Below are positions 7,378 to 16,012 of a DNA stretch of 64,000 bases, piece by piece; the first letter of the stretch is position 1; every line of letters begins with the position of its first letter. The notes under the pieces are model-generated. The model was given only the letters and a program-made list of their open reading frames with translations, was not told the origin of the DNA and did no database searches. This DNA is from Bacteroidaceae bacterium (GTDB lineage: Bacteria > Bacteroidota > Bacteroidia > Bacteroidales > Bacteroidaceae), in NCBI GenBank assembly GCA_024693505.1, contig JAILKU010000108.1, positions 3,115 to 67,114 on the forward strand. The letters run 5' to 3'. Both the position numbers and the translations under genes were made by a program.

Positions 7378-10300
7378 TTACTGCTCCGACCAGTCTTCCT
7401 GAGTCTTGCGCACGTAACTCTTATACCTGATCTGAGCCATACGCTGAGCCTCGGCAAAGAGTTCCTCAGCCTCGTCCGGATAGGCCTTCTTCACACTGAG
7501 ATAGCGGACCTCGCCCATAAGGAAGTCGTGGAACTTATCCCAGTCGGGCTCCTTCGAATCCAGGCTGAAGGGATTCTTTCCTTCCTCGATCAGAGCGGGA
7601 TTGAATCTCCACAAATGCCAGTATCCGCACTCTACTGCCTTCTTCTCCTCAGCCTGGCTCTTGCCCATGCCTCCCTTAGCCTTCAGGCCATGGTTAATAC
7701 AAGGCGCGTAGGCAATGATGATAGAGGGACCGTGCCATGCTTCGGCCTCGCGGATGGCCTTCAGGGTCTGGGAATGGTCAGCGCCCATGGCTATCTGGGC
7801 CACATAGACATATCCGTATGTAGTGGCTATCATACCCAGATCCTTCTTGCGGATTCTCTTACCCTGAGCGGCAAACTGGGCTATGGCGCCGAGTGGCGTA
7901 GCCTTAGATGCCTGCCCGCCCGTATTGGAGTAAACCTCAGTGTCGAGCACTAGTATGTTAACGTCTTCGCCACTGGCTATCACGTGGTCGAGACCGCCAT
8001 AGCCGATGTCGTAAGATGCACCGTCTCCACCAATGATCCACTGGCTTCTCTTGGCCAGATGGGCCTTTCCTTCGAGTAGCTCGCTCTCCAAAGCGCAACC
8101 GCGGCAGGGGCATATCGGACTGCCTGCAGCCTTAGCTTCCTTGGCTTCCTGAAGCTTCTTGGCTGCCACTTCTGCTCCGTAAATCTCGATGCCCTGGCCC
8201 TGCCAGAAGGCTATGGCTCCGTCTATGGGGAGTATGGCTTTCTCCAGTGCTGCGATGAACTCGTCGGTAGCTTTGCGGTTGGCTGTAGATTCGTCGTAGG
8301 TATCGAGCCACTTCTGTGTAGCATCGCGCATCCAGTCGAAGGCAGTTGTCTTAACTAGCTCTTCTGCCTTCTCGCGCAGTATGCCGCGCATCTTCTTATG
8401 TCCGAGCTGCATACCCAGTCCGAACTCGCAGAAGTCCTCGAAAAGTGAGTTGTTGAAGCACGGACCCTGGCCCTTCTCGTTCTTTGTATATGGTGTTGAA
8501 GGGATGCTGGCGGAGTAGATGCTGGAACATCCCGTGGCGTTTGCCACCATCTGCCTGTCTCCGAATAGCTGGCTGATAAGCTTGACGTAGGGTGTCTCTC
8601 CGCATCCGGAACATGCACCGCTGAACTCGAAGAGAGGCTGTGCGAACTGGCTGTTCTTCACGCTCTGACGTATATCCACGAGGTTCTGCTTTGAGGGAAT
8701 CTTCACCAGCTTGTCCCAGTCGGCAGCCATCTTCTTCATATCTGCAGCGTCGGGGTTGAAGGGGACCATGGTGAGTGCCTTGCCCAGTTTGGGGTTGCCC
8801 GGACATATATCGGCGCAGTTGCCGCAACCGAGACAGTCGAGCACGCTTGGTTCGATCACGAAGTGCATGCCCTTCATGGCAGCGGGTGCCTTCATCTCTA
8901 GTGTCTCAAGTCCTTCGAAGCCGGAAAGCTCGTCATCGGTGAGCACGAAAGGACGGATGGCTGCGTGGGGGCAGATGTATGCGCATTGGTTACATTGTAT
9001 GCAGTTCTCCTTATTCCAAGCGGGTACGAATGCCTCTACGCCGCGCTTCTCGTAAGCTGCGGTTCCTACTTCCCAAGAGCCGTCTGCCATGCCATACTTT
9101 GCAAAGGTGCTTACTGGCAGAAGGTCACCTGCCTGTGCATTGATAGGTCGTACAACGTCCTTTACGAATGCGGGAGCATCGTCCTGCTTCTCAGCATCAT
9201 CGGGCAGGTTAGCCCATTCAGGCTTCACCTCGAACTTCTTGTACTCATCGCCACGGTCTACTGCGGCATAGTTCTTATCTACTACATCTTGTCCCTTGCT
9301 GCCGTAGCTCTTGACAATGAATTTCTTCATCTGCTCTACGGCCAGGTCTACGGGTATAACGCCAGTGATACGGAAGAATGCGGACTGCAGGATGGTGTTT
9401 GTACGGTTACCGAGACCGATTTCCTGGGCAATCTTGGTGGCGTTAATGGTATAAACCGTGATGTTGTTCTGTGCGAAATAGCGCTTCACTTTGTTAGGCA
9501 TGAACTTCTCGAGTTCCTCACCTTCGAAGATAGTGTTCAGCAGGAAAGTACCGTTCTTCTGCAGGCCGCGCGTAACATCGTACATATGCAGATAGGCCTG
9601 CACATGGCATGCCACGAAGTTGGGCGTCGTTACCAAATAGGTGCTGCGGATAGGCGTGTCTCCGAATCGCAGATGCGAACATGTGAAGCCGCCGGACTTC
9701 TTGGAGTCGTAACTGAAATAGGCCTGGCAGTACTTGTCGGTATTATCGCCGATGATCTTCACAGAGTTCTTATTGGCACCCACTGTTCCGTCGGCTCCGA
9801 GACCGTAGAACTTAGCCTGGAAGATACCCTTTCCGCCAAGAGGCATCTCGGGAACCTCGGGCAAGCTGGTGAAGGTTACATCATCAACGATACCGATGGT
9901 AAAGTGGTTCTTGGGTTCGGGCATTGCCAGGTTGTTGAACACGCTGATTATCTGTGCAGGGGTAGTGTCGTGACTGCCGAGGCCATAGCGTCCACCTACT
10001 ATCAGGGGACGGTTCTCTACATCATAATAGGCATCCTTCACGTCGAGGTACAGGGGCTCTCCGTTAGCTCCGGGCTCCTTGGTACGGTCGAGAACTGCAA
10101 TGCGCTTCACCGTCTTGGGCACACTGGCCAGCAGGTGCTTCACGCTGAAGGGACGATACAGATGCACACTGATCATACCTACCTTCTCGCCATTTGCATT
10201 CAGATAGTCGATGGCCTCGCGGGCGGCATCAGTAGCACTGCCCATCAGGATGATGATACGGTCGGCATCCTCTGCTCCGTAGTAAGAGAACAGGTGGTAC

Positions 10301-11076
10301 TCGCGACCCGTAATCTTGGATATCTCACCCAGGTATTTCTCAACAACCTCGGGTACGGAATCGTAGTAGGGGTTGCATGCTTCGCGGTGTGTGAAGAAGG
10401 TCTCAGGATTCTCAGCCGTACCGCGGGTGATAGGCCTTTCGGGAGACATTGCACGGTCGCGGAAGCGCTTGATGTACTCTTCCTTCACCAGCGGGCGTAT
10501 AGCTTCCTGGTCCATGAGTTCAATCTTGTGGTACTCATGAGAAGTGCGGAATCCATCGAAGAAGTTTACGAAGGGCACACAGGTTTCCAGGGATGCCAGA
10601 TGAGGAACGGCCGTGAGGTCCATTACCTCCTGTACACCTCCCGAGCAGAACATTGCAAAGCCAGTCTGACGGCAGGCCATAACATCCTGATGATCGCCGA
10701 ATATACAAAGCGAGTGGCTTGCCAAGGTGCGTGCAGACACGTCAAATACGCAGGGGATAAGCTCACCGGCTATCTTGTACATGTTGGGAATCATCAGAAG
10801 CAGACCCTGAGATGCCGTGAAAGTAGTAGTAAGAGCACCTGCCTGCAATGAGCCGTGTACAGCACCTGCTGCACCCGCCTCTGACTGCATTTCCTGAACT
10901 GTGACGGTCTGGCCCCACAGGTTCTTACGACCACGTGCGGCCCACTCATCCACATGCTCCGCCATCGGCGAAGAAGGTGTGATGGGGTAGATTGCAGCTA
11001 CCTCCGAGAACATGTAACTCACATGAGCCGCAGCCTCATTTCCATCACAAGTGATAAATTTTTTTTCTTTTGCCAT
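7378..11076 (-). CDS. nifJ: pyruvate:ferredoxin (flavodoxin) oxidoreductase
   Basis: 1232-aa ORF with full-length PFOR architecture. Two 4Fe-4S ferredoxin motifs (CIQCNQCAYICP; CLGCGNCADICP) and the TPP-binding region GGDGASYDIGYGGLDH. Confidence 0.95.
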   Translation of the reverse strand: MAKEKKFITCDGNEAAAHVSYMFSEVAAIYPITPSSPMAEHVDEWAARGRKNLWGQTVTVQEMQSEAGAAGAVHGSLQAGALTTTFTASQGLLLMIPNMYKIAGELIPCVFDVSARTLASHSLCIFGDHQDVMACRQTGFAMFCSGGVQEVMDLTAVPHLASLETCVPFVNFFDGFRTSHEYHKIELMDQEAIRPLVKEEYIKRFRDRAMSPERPITRGTAENPETFFTHREACNPYYDSVPEVVEKYLGEISKITGREYHLFSYYGAEDADRIIILMGSATDAAREAIDYLNANGEKVGMISVHLYRPFSVKHLLASVPKTVKRIAVLDRTKEPGANGEPLYLDVKDAYYDVENRPLIVGGRYGLGSHDTTPAQIISVFNNLAMPEPKNHFTIGIVDDVTFTSLPEVPEMPLGGKGIFQAKFYGLGADGTVGANKNSVKIIGDNTDKYCQAYFSYDSKKSGGFTCSHLRFGDTPIRSTYLVTTPNFVACHVQAYLHMYDVTRGLQKNGTFLLNTIFEGEELEKFMPNKVKRYFAQNNITVYTINATKIAQEIGLGNRTNTILQSAFFRITGVIPVDLAVEQMKKFIVKSYGSKGQDVVDKNYAAVDRGDEYKKFEVKPEWANLPDDAEKQDDAPAFVKDVVRPINAQAGDLLPVSTFAKYGMADGSWEVGTAAYEKRGVEAFVPAWNKENCIQCNQCAYICPHAAIRPFVLTDDELSGFEGLETLEMKAPAAMKGMHFVIEPSVLDCLGCGNCADICPGNPKLGKALTMVPFNPDAADMKKMAADWDKLVKIPSKQNLVDIRQSVKNSQFAQPLFEFSGACSGCGETPYVKLISQLFGDRQMVANATGCSSIYSASIPSTPYTKNEKGQGPCFNNSLFEDFCEFGLGMQLGHKKMRGILREKAEELVKTTAFDWMRDATQKWLDTYDESTANRKATDEFIAALEKAILPIDGAIAFWQGQGIEIYGAEVAAKKLQEAKEAKAAGSPICPCRGCALESELLEGKAHLAKRSQWIIGGDGASYDIGYGGLDHVIASGEDVNILVLDTEVYSNTGGQASKATPLGAIAQFAAQGKRIRKKDLGMIATTYGYVYVAQIAMGADHSQTLKAIREAEAWHGPSIIIAYAPCINHGLKAKGGMGKSQAEEKKAVECGYWHLWRFNPALIEEGKNPFSLDSKEPDWDKFHDFLMGEVRYLSVKKAYPDEAEELFAEAQRMAQIRYKSYVRKTQEDWSEQ

Positions 11077-11157
11077 TTTCTTAATACCTTATTTCTTTAA
11101 GTCATTAATATTCTTTTTACCTGTTCCCCCCAATTGTCTCCCTTTAAATCCTTAAGC

Positions 11158-12339
11158 TTAATATAGGAAACCATACATCCACAGGGGAACTTCCTGTCCA
11201 ACTCCCTCTGTGACATCCGGAAGGGCATAGATTACATCTGTGCTTCGGCGACGTGGAGGCTCCTCACAAATACGGAAACGCTGGTTCCCATCTACCAGGA
11301 ACGTACTGCTACGGTCTCCCATCCTTACATCGTGGCGTCCCCATAGTGCATTCTGGAAGAAAGTCTGATACATCGTCAGTTCATCTACATTTCCCGGTGT
11401 CATAGCAAACATTAGGTTGGTGTTGTGCATAAGCAAGCTGGCCGGCTTCTTTGGGAAATTCTCCTTTACGCGATATACCATATTTATCAGGCGTGCATCG
11501 CTAAGATATTTGATGTAGTTCATGACTGTAGCGCGTGATGTCTGCATATCTGTTGCCAACTGACTTACATTAGGCGCTCCGGTCCCGGAGATAGCCAGAA
11601 GATAGAGTAACTTCTTTATCTTTCCCAGATATTTCTGTTCTATTTGCTTGATGAGAAGTATATCTACTTCAATCATCATGTTCATGGTCTTCAGGAGATT
11701 CTCGGAGAAATTAATCTTCTCCAGGAAGAAGGGATAATATCCATGATGAAGATAGCTCTTGAAATGATCCAGCGGATTGATTTGCGCCATGACTTCCTGC
11801 GAGATGCGCTCATGACGATTCTGAATTTCCCGAAGACCATAGGCACGCAAATTCAGTCCGGCTTTCAGGTTCAGATACTCGCGGAACGAGAATCCGCGCA
11901 GGTTGTAACTGGCTACAATTCCGTTTAGCTCGGGATTCTCTTCCTTCAATCTCATCACACTACTTCCTGTAAACACAACGTGCAGCCTAGGACAGCGGTC
12001 ATAAATCATACGTAGCTGATGACTCCAGTCGGGATCTTTGAATACTTGATCTATAAGAAGAACTTGACCGCCAACCTTTTGGAATTCACATGCGAAGTTG
12101 AAAAGGCTGGTACCTTGGAAATAGAAGTTGTTCATGTTGATATAGAGACACCTCCTATCTCTGGTACCAAAATTCTCACGTGCATATTGTAGCAGGAATG
12201 TTGTCTTTCCCACTCCACGACTACCCTTAATACCAATTAAACGTGCGCGCCAGTCGATTTCATCCATCAATGCACGCCGCACAAGAGCTTCCGTATGCTC
12301 CAATAAAAACTGATGAGTTCGAAAAAATATCTCCAACAT
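11158..12339 (-). CDS. AAA+ ATPase, COG1373/DUF4143-like ATP-binding protein
   Basis: Walker A GSRGVGKTTFLL and Walker-B-like VLLIDQV. I prefer ATG 12337-12339 (MLEIFF...) because a -7 box lies at 12365-12372, inside the longer ORF. Confidence 0.7.
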   Translation of the reverse strand: MLEIFFRTHQFLLEHTEALVRRALMDEIDWRARLIGIKGSRGVGKTTFLLQYARENFGTRDRRCLYINMNNFYFQGTSLFNFACEFQKVGGQVLLIDQVFKDPDWSHQLRMIYDRCPRLHVVFTGSSVMRLKEENPELNGIVASYNLRGFSFREYLNLKAGLNLRAYGLREIQNRHERISQEVMAQINPLDHFKSYLHHGYYPFFLEKINFSENLLKTMNMMIEVDILLIKQIEQKYLGKIKKLLYLLAISGTGAPNVSQLATDMQTSRATVMNYIKYLSDARLINMVYRVKENFPKKPASLLMHNTNLMFAMTPGNVDELTMYQTFFQNALWGRHDVRMGDRSSTFLVDGNQRFRICEEPPRRRSTDVIYALPDVTEGVGQEVPLWMYGFLY

Positions 12340-12364
12340 ACCTAAAATTGATGATTTTCGAGCG

Positions 12365-12372
12365 CAAAGATA
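12365..12372 (-). promoter_or_regulatory. candidate -7 box (TATCTTTG on minus strand) for the ATPase gene
   Basis: The plus strand reads CAAAGATA, about 26 nt upstream of ATG 12339. Confidence 0.4.
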
Positions 12373-12435
12373 ATAATTTTTGGGCAAAATGCAAAGTCTA
12401 CATAACAAAAAGTGCGTTTTAGCCCATATTTTTTT

Positions 12436-13125
12436 CTATTTTTTGGGAAAAACGTCAATATGACGCATTTGTGTCATAATAAAAGTCTGTCTTTTTAACA
12501 TATAGTCTGAGGGTGTTTGGCTATTGAATTTCAAAGGGTTGGGTAGAGTGGCGGCGATGAGCGCGCAATCAGGTCGGGTCAGTTCCAGGGCAGAACGATG
12601 AAAATGCCATTGCCCGACAGCTTCAGCGCCGTAAATTCCATCCCCCATCTCAATGGAATTCAGGTAAACCTCCATTATGCGTTCTTTCCCCCATATTAGT
12701 TCAATGAGTATGGTAAAGTAAGCTTCCAGACCTTTTCTCAGCCAACTTGACGATGGCCATAGGAAAACGTTTTTGGCTGTCTGCTGGCTGATTGTGCTTC
12801 CGCCGCGCCGACGCTTACCGCTCTGTCTCTCTTTGACGGCATTGTTTATTTCTACAAAGTCAAATCCGTGGTGCGTGAGAAACCGTTGGTCTTCGCTGGC
12901 CATGACTGCTACGGGCATATAGATGGACATGGAGTCCAGTGGTACCCAGTGGTGGCGAAGTTTGATCTGCTCTCCACGAGACATTTGCTGTGCACAGCGG
13001 ATAAGCATAAGCGGCGTCAGATAGACTGGACACCAACGATAGACAATAACAGAAAGGATTGTACTCCCGAAAAAGAGGAGTACAATCCATTGCAAGGTTT
13101 TTTGTATCTTAAGAAGAATCTTCAT
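12436..13125 (-). CDS. mtgA: monofunctional biosynthetic peptidoglycan transglycosylase
   Basis: 229 aa with an N-terminal TM helix. GT51 motifs EDQRFLTHHGFD, GGSTISQQTAKN and RKGLEAYFTILIE. Confidence 0.85.
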   Translation of the reverse strand: MKILLKIQKTLQWIVLLFFGSTILSVIVYRWCPVYLTPLMLIRCAQQMSRGEQIKLRHHWVPLDSMSIYMPVAVMASEDQRFLTHHGFDFVEINNAVKERQSGKRRRGGSTISQQTAKNVFLWPSSSWLRKGLEAYFTILIELIWGKERIMEVYLNSIEMGDGIYGAEAVGQWHFHRSALELTRPDCALIAATLPNPLKFNSQTPSDYMLKRQTFIMTQMRHIDVFPKK

Positions 13126-13176
13126 CTATAGAGCTATAGGAACTATAGGGACTATAGACACATGGGCTGATGGAGA

Positions 13177-13896
13177 TTACTGAAGCGTGCCGGCATTGGC
13201 AGCGGCAATCATGGCATCGCTGGCGTACAGATAAACTTCTACGCGACGGCTGGCGTTGCGGTCCTCCTTGCCATTGGCATCCATAATCAGGTACTGAGGA
13301 TCTTCGCCGTAGCCCTCGGTGCTCTTAATCTGAGAACCGCTAACACCGCACGTTCCGGTCAGATAGTTCTTGACGGCTGATGCGCGGTTCTGGCTCAGTG
13401 TCAGGTTGGTGGCATCGGAACCGTCACTGCTGGCAAAGCCCAGGATGGCTACGTCGCAGTCGGTGTAAACATTCAGTACATTCTCGGCAAACTGCTTAAG
13501 AGAATTCTGGGCCTTCGAGGTCAGGGCATACTTTCCTGTGGCGAAAAGAATACCATTGTCGAAAGTCACCTTTACAGCCTCCAGGCCCTTGCCGTCGGTC
13601 GTGGTCTCAACCTCGGCATTAGCTACGGCAGCGGCAGCCTTGGCAGCCTTATCCATCTTACGGCCAATGAGAGTGCCGGCAGTAGCACCAACGGCAGCTC
13701 CGGCAGCAGCGCCGATACCGGCTCCCATTTTTGTGTTACCCGTCAGCTTTCCGATCAGGGCACCCAGGCCTGTGCCGGCTGCAGCACCAGCTGTCGTACC
13801 GATAATGGCACCCTTGCCCGTGTTACTCATACTTCCACAACTCGAGAGAACCATGGCGACTGCCAGGATTCCCATTGTTAACTTCATTCCTTTCAT
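13177..13896 (-). CDS. OmpA-family lipoprotein with a glycine-zipper N-terminal region
   Basis: Lipoprotein signal (VLSSCGS) and GxxxG-rich stretch. C-terminal OmpA domain (ILFATGKYALTSKA...LSQNRASAVKNYL...RRVEVYL). Confidence 0.85.
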   Translation of the reverse strand: MKGMKLTMGILAVAMVLSSCGSMSNTGKGAIIGTTAGAAAGTGLGALIGKLTGNTKMGAGIGAAAGAAVGATAGTLIGRKMDKAAKAAAAVANAEVETTTDGKGLEAVKVTFDNGILFATGKYALTSKAQNSLKQFAENVLNVYTDCDVAILGFASSDGSDATNLTLSQNRASAVKNYLTGTCGVSGSQIKSTEGYGEDPQYLIMDANGKEDRNASRRVEVYLYASDAMIAAANAGTLQ

Positions 13897-13946
13897 AATC
13901 TCAGTTTTAAGTTAAAAAATTTATTCTATTTATACTTTTTCTGCTG

Positions 13947-13954
13947 CAAAGATA
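13947..13954 (-). promoter_or_regulatory. candidate -7 box (TATCTTTG on minus strand) for the OmpA-family gene
   Basis: The plus strand reads CAAAGATA, about 50 nt upstream of ATG 13896. Confidence 0.35.
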
Positions 13955-13996
13955 CAACTTTTTCCACATACTCGCACATAATCCGCGTTTTTTTCG

Positions 13997-14004
13997 TAAT
14001 TTTG
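13997..14004 (+). promoter_or_regulatory. candidate -7 box (TAATTTTG) for proS
   Basis: TAATTTTG about 60 nt upstream of ATG 14065. Confidence 0.35.
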
Positions 14005-14064
14005 CATCGTTTTAACTAAAAGCTGGTCAAATTTCATCGATAACAAATAGCAGAAACATAGTAT

Positions 14065-15546
14065 ATGGCAAAAGAATTAGAATTTCTGACAAAGAGAAGT
14101 GAAGACTACAGTAAGTGGTACAATGAATTGGTTGTGAAAGCGGATCTGGCCGAGCAGGCCGACGTCCGCGGGTGTATGGTTATCAAGCCCTACGGCTATG
14201 CGATTTGGGAGAAGATGCAGCGCATCCTGGACGACAAGTTCAAGGAGACCGGCGTGCAGAACGCCTACTTCCCCCTGCTCATTCCGAAGAGCTTCCTCTC
14301 GCGGGAGGCGGAGCACGTGGAGGGTTTTGCCAAGGAGTGCGCCGTGGTCACCCACTACAGGCTGAAGACGAACGAGACGCACGACGGGGTGGTGGTCGAT
14401 CCGGCCGCGAGACTGGAGGAGGAGCTTATCATCCGGCCCACCAGCGAGACGATTATATGGAACACGTTCAAGAACTGGATACATTCCTACCGCGATCTGC
14501 CCCTGCTCATCAACCAGTGGTGCAACGTGATGCGCTGGGAGATGCGCACGCGTCTGTTCCTGCGCACAAGCGAGTTTTTGTGGCAAGAGGGACACACGGC
14601 TCATGCCACGCGCGACGAGGCCGAGGAACGCGCCCGCCAGATGCTGCGCGTATATGCCGACTTCGCCGAAAACTGCATGGCTGTGCCCGTCGTGCAGGGC
14701 GTGAAGAGTGAAACCGAGCGCTTTGCCGGCGCGCTGGACACGTACACCATAGAGGCCATGATGCAGGACGGCAAGGCGCTGCAGAGCGGCACGAGCCACT
14801 TCCTGGGACAGAACTTCGGCAGGGCATTCGACGTGCAATTCCTGAACAAGGAGAACAAACCGGAGTTTGCGTGGGCCACCAGCTGGGGCGTCAGCACCAG
14901 GCTGATGGGCGCGCTCATCATGACGCATTCGGACGACAACGGACTGGTGCTGCCGCCCGCCCTGGCACCCCTGCAGGTGGTCGTCATCCCCATCGGCGGC
15001 AAGCCCGAACAGCTGGCGGCCGTCGACGAGGCCGTGGCGCCCGTCATCGCGAAGCTGAAGTCCTACGGCATAAGCGTGAAATATGACAACGCCGACAACA
15101 AACGGCCCGGATTCAAGTTCGCCGACTATGAACTGAAGGGCGTTCCCGTGCGTCTCGTCCTCGGGGCGAGGGATTTGGAGAACGGAACGGTCGAAGTCAT
15201 GCGCCGCGACACGCTGGAGAAGGAGTCGAGGCCCCTGGAAGGCATCGCCGAGTACGTGAAGGAACTTCTGGACACCATACAGCGGAACATTTTCGACAAG
15301 GCCAGGAAGTTCCGCGACGCACACATCTTCGAGTGCGAGGACTACGAGGAGTTCAAGGAGCGCGTCAAGGACGGAGGCTTCTACCTCTGCCACTGGGACG
15401 GCACGGCCGAGACCGAGGCGCGCATCAAGGAGGAGACGCAGGCCACAATCCGGTGCGTGCCCTTCGGCTTCGAGCAGACGCCGGGCGTGGACATGGTCAG
15501 CGGGAAGCCCGCCAAGTTCCGGGTGCTCATCGCCCGCAGCTATTGA
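14065..15546 (+). CDS. proS: proline--tRNA ligase (archaeal/eukaryote-like type, about 490 aa)
   Basis: 493-aa [49 protein letters not shown] is typical of Bacteroidota ProRS. Class II motifs are present ([23 protein letters not shown]). Confidence 0.95.
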   Translation: MAKELEFLTKRSEDYSKWYNELVVKADLAEQADVRGCMVIKPYGYAIWEKMQRILDDKFKETGVQNAYFPLLIPKSFLSREAEHVEGFAKECAVVTHYRLKTNETHDGVVVDPAARLEEELIIRPTSETIIWNTFKNWIHSYRDLPLLINQWCNVMRWEMRTRLFLRTSEFLWQEGHTAHATRDEAEERARQMLRVYADFAENCMAVPVVQGVKSETERFAGALDTYTIEAMMQDGKALQSGTSHFLGQNFGRAFDVQFLNKENKPEFAWATSWGVSTRLMGALIMTHSDDNGLVLPPALAPLQVVVIPIGGKPEQLAAVDEAVAPVIAKLKSYGISVKYDNADNKRPGFKFADYELKGVPVRLVLGARDLENGTVEVMRRDTLEKESRPLEGIAEYVKELLDTIQRNIFDKARKFRDAHIFECEDYEEFKERVKDGGFYLCHWDGTAETEARIKEETQATIRCVPFGFEQTPGVDMVSGKPAKFRVLIARSY

Positions 15547-15569
15547 GGCAGTATCGGAATCCCGGACAT

Positions 15570-15608
15570 ACGCGCGTGTATCAATTTTATGTACACGCGC
15601 GTTTTTTT
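15570..15608 (+). terminator. Rho-independent terminator of proS
   Basis: 11-bp stem ACGCGCGTGTA / TACACGCGCGT with an 11-nt loop, followed by T7. Confidence 0.75.
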
Positions 15609-15656
15609 ATGCCCATTCCGGTGCCGGGACGGATAGACCGGGATTCAGAACATCGC

Positions 15657-15922
15657 ATTTTGACATCAATTTCCGTAGTCTGAAATCCGGAACATCGTAT
15701 TTTGATATCCAAATCCGTAGTCCGGAATCCGGATGGACGTATTTTGATGCCAAAATGGCGCTGGAAATTCCGGTTGGGCATATTTTGATATCAATTTCCG
15801 CCCTGGAAAATCCGGATGGACGAATTTTGATATCAATTTCCGCATTCTGAATTCCGGTTGGACGAATTTTGATATCAATTTCCGCTCTGGAAATTCCGGT
15901 TGGGCATATTTTGATATCAAAA
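15657..15922. repeat. tandem array 1: about 6.3 copies of a 42-nt unit
   Basis: Units start at 15657, 15699, 15741, 15782, 15824, 15866 and 15908 (partial). Consensus is about ATTTTGATATCAATTTCCGCNCTGGAAATTCCGGWTGGRCRW. Confidence 0.9.
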
Positions 15923-15953
15923 TAGCCTGCCCCGGATTCGGGACAGGCTATTT
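15920..15953 (-). terminator. hairpin terminator downstream of the giant gene
   Basis: AAATAGCCTGCCCC / GGGACAGGCTATTT, 13 of 14 bp with a 6-nt loop, 60 nt beyond the stop at 16013. Confidence 0.6.
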
Positions 15954-16012
15954 CGATGCCGTTTTGCCAATTTCAGATTCAGAATCTATCCAATCTGCCT
16001 TCAAGAGAGAGC

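Noticed and set aside
14065-14160. An abrupt switch from about 33% GC in the first 75 nt of proS to over 60% afterwards, as a chimeric or recombination junction inside proS.
   Set aside because: The protein is continuous and canonical across the switch ([45 protein letters not shown]). AT-rich 5' codon ramps are common, and other well-expressed genes here (secA, nifJ) are also GC-rich. proS is better treated as native, with the accessory segment starting after its terminator.
15657-15922. The 42-nt arrays (also 25046-25232 and 28786-28951) as CRISPR arrays.
   Set aside because: The units abut head to tail with no unique spacers. The repeats are imperfect. No cas genes or leader-like context are present.
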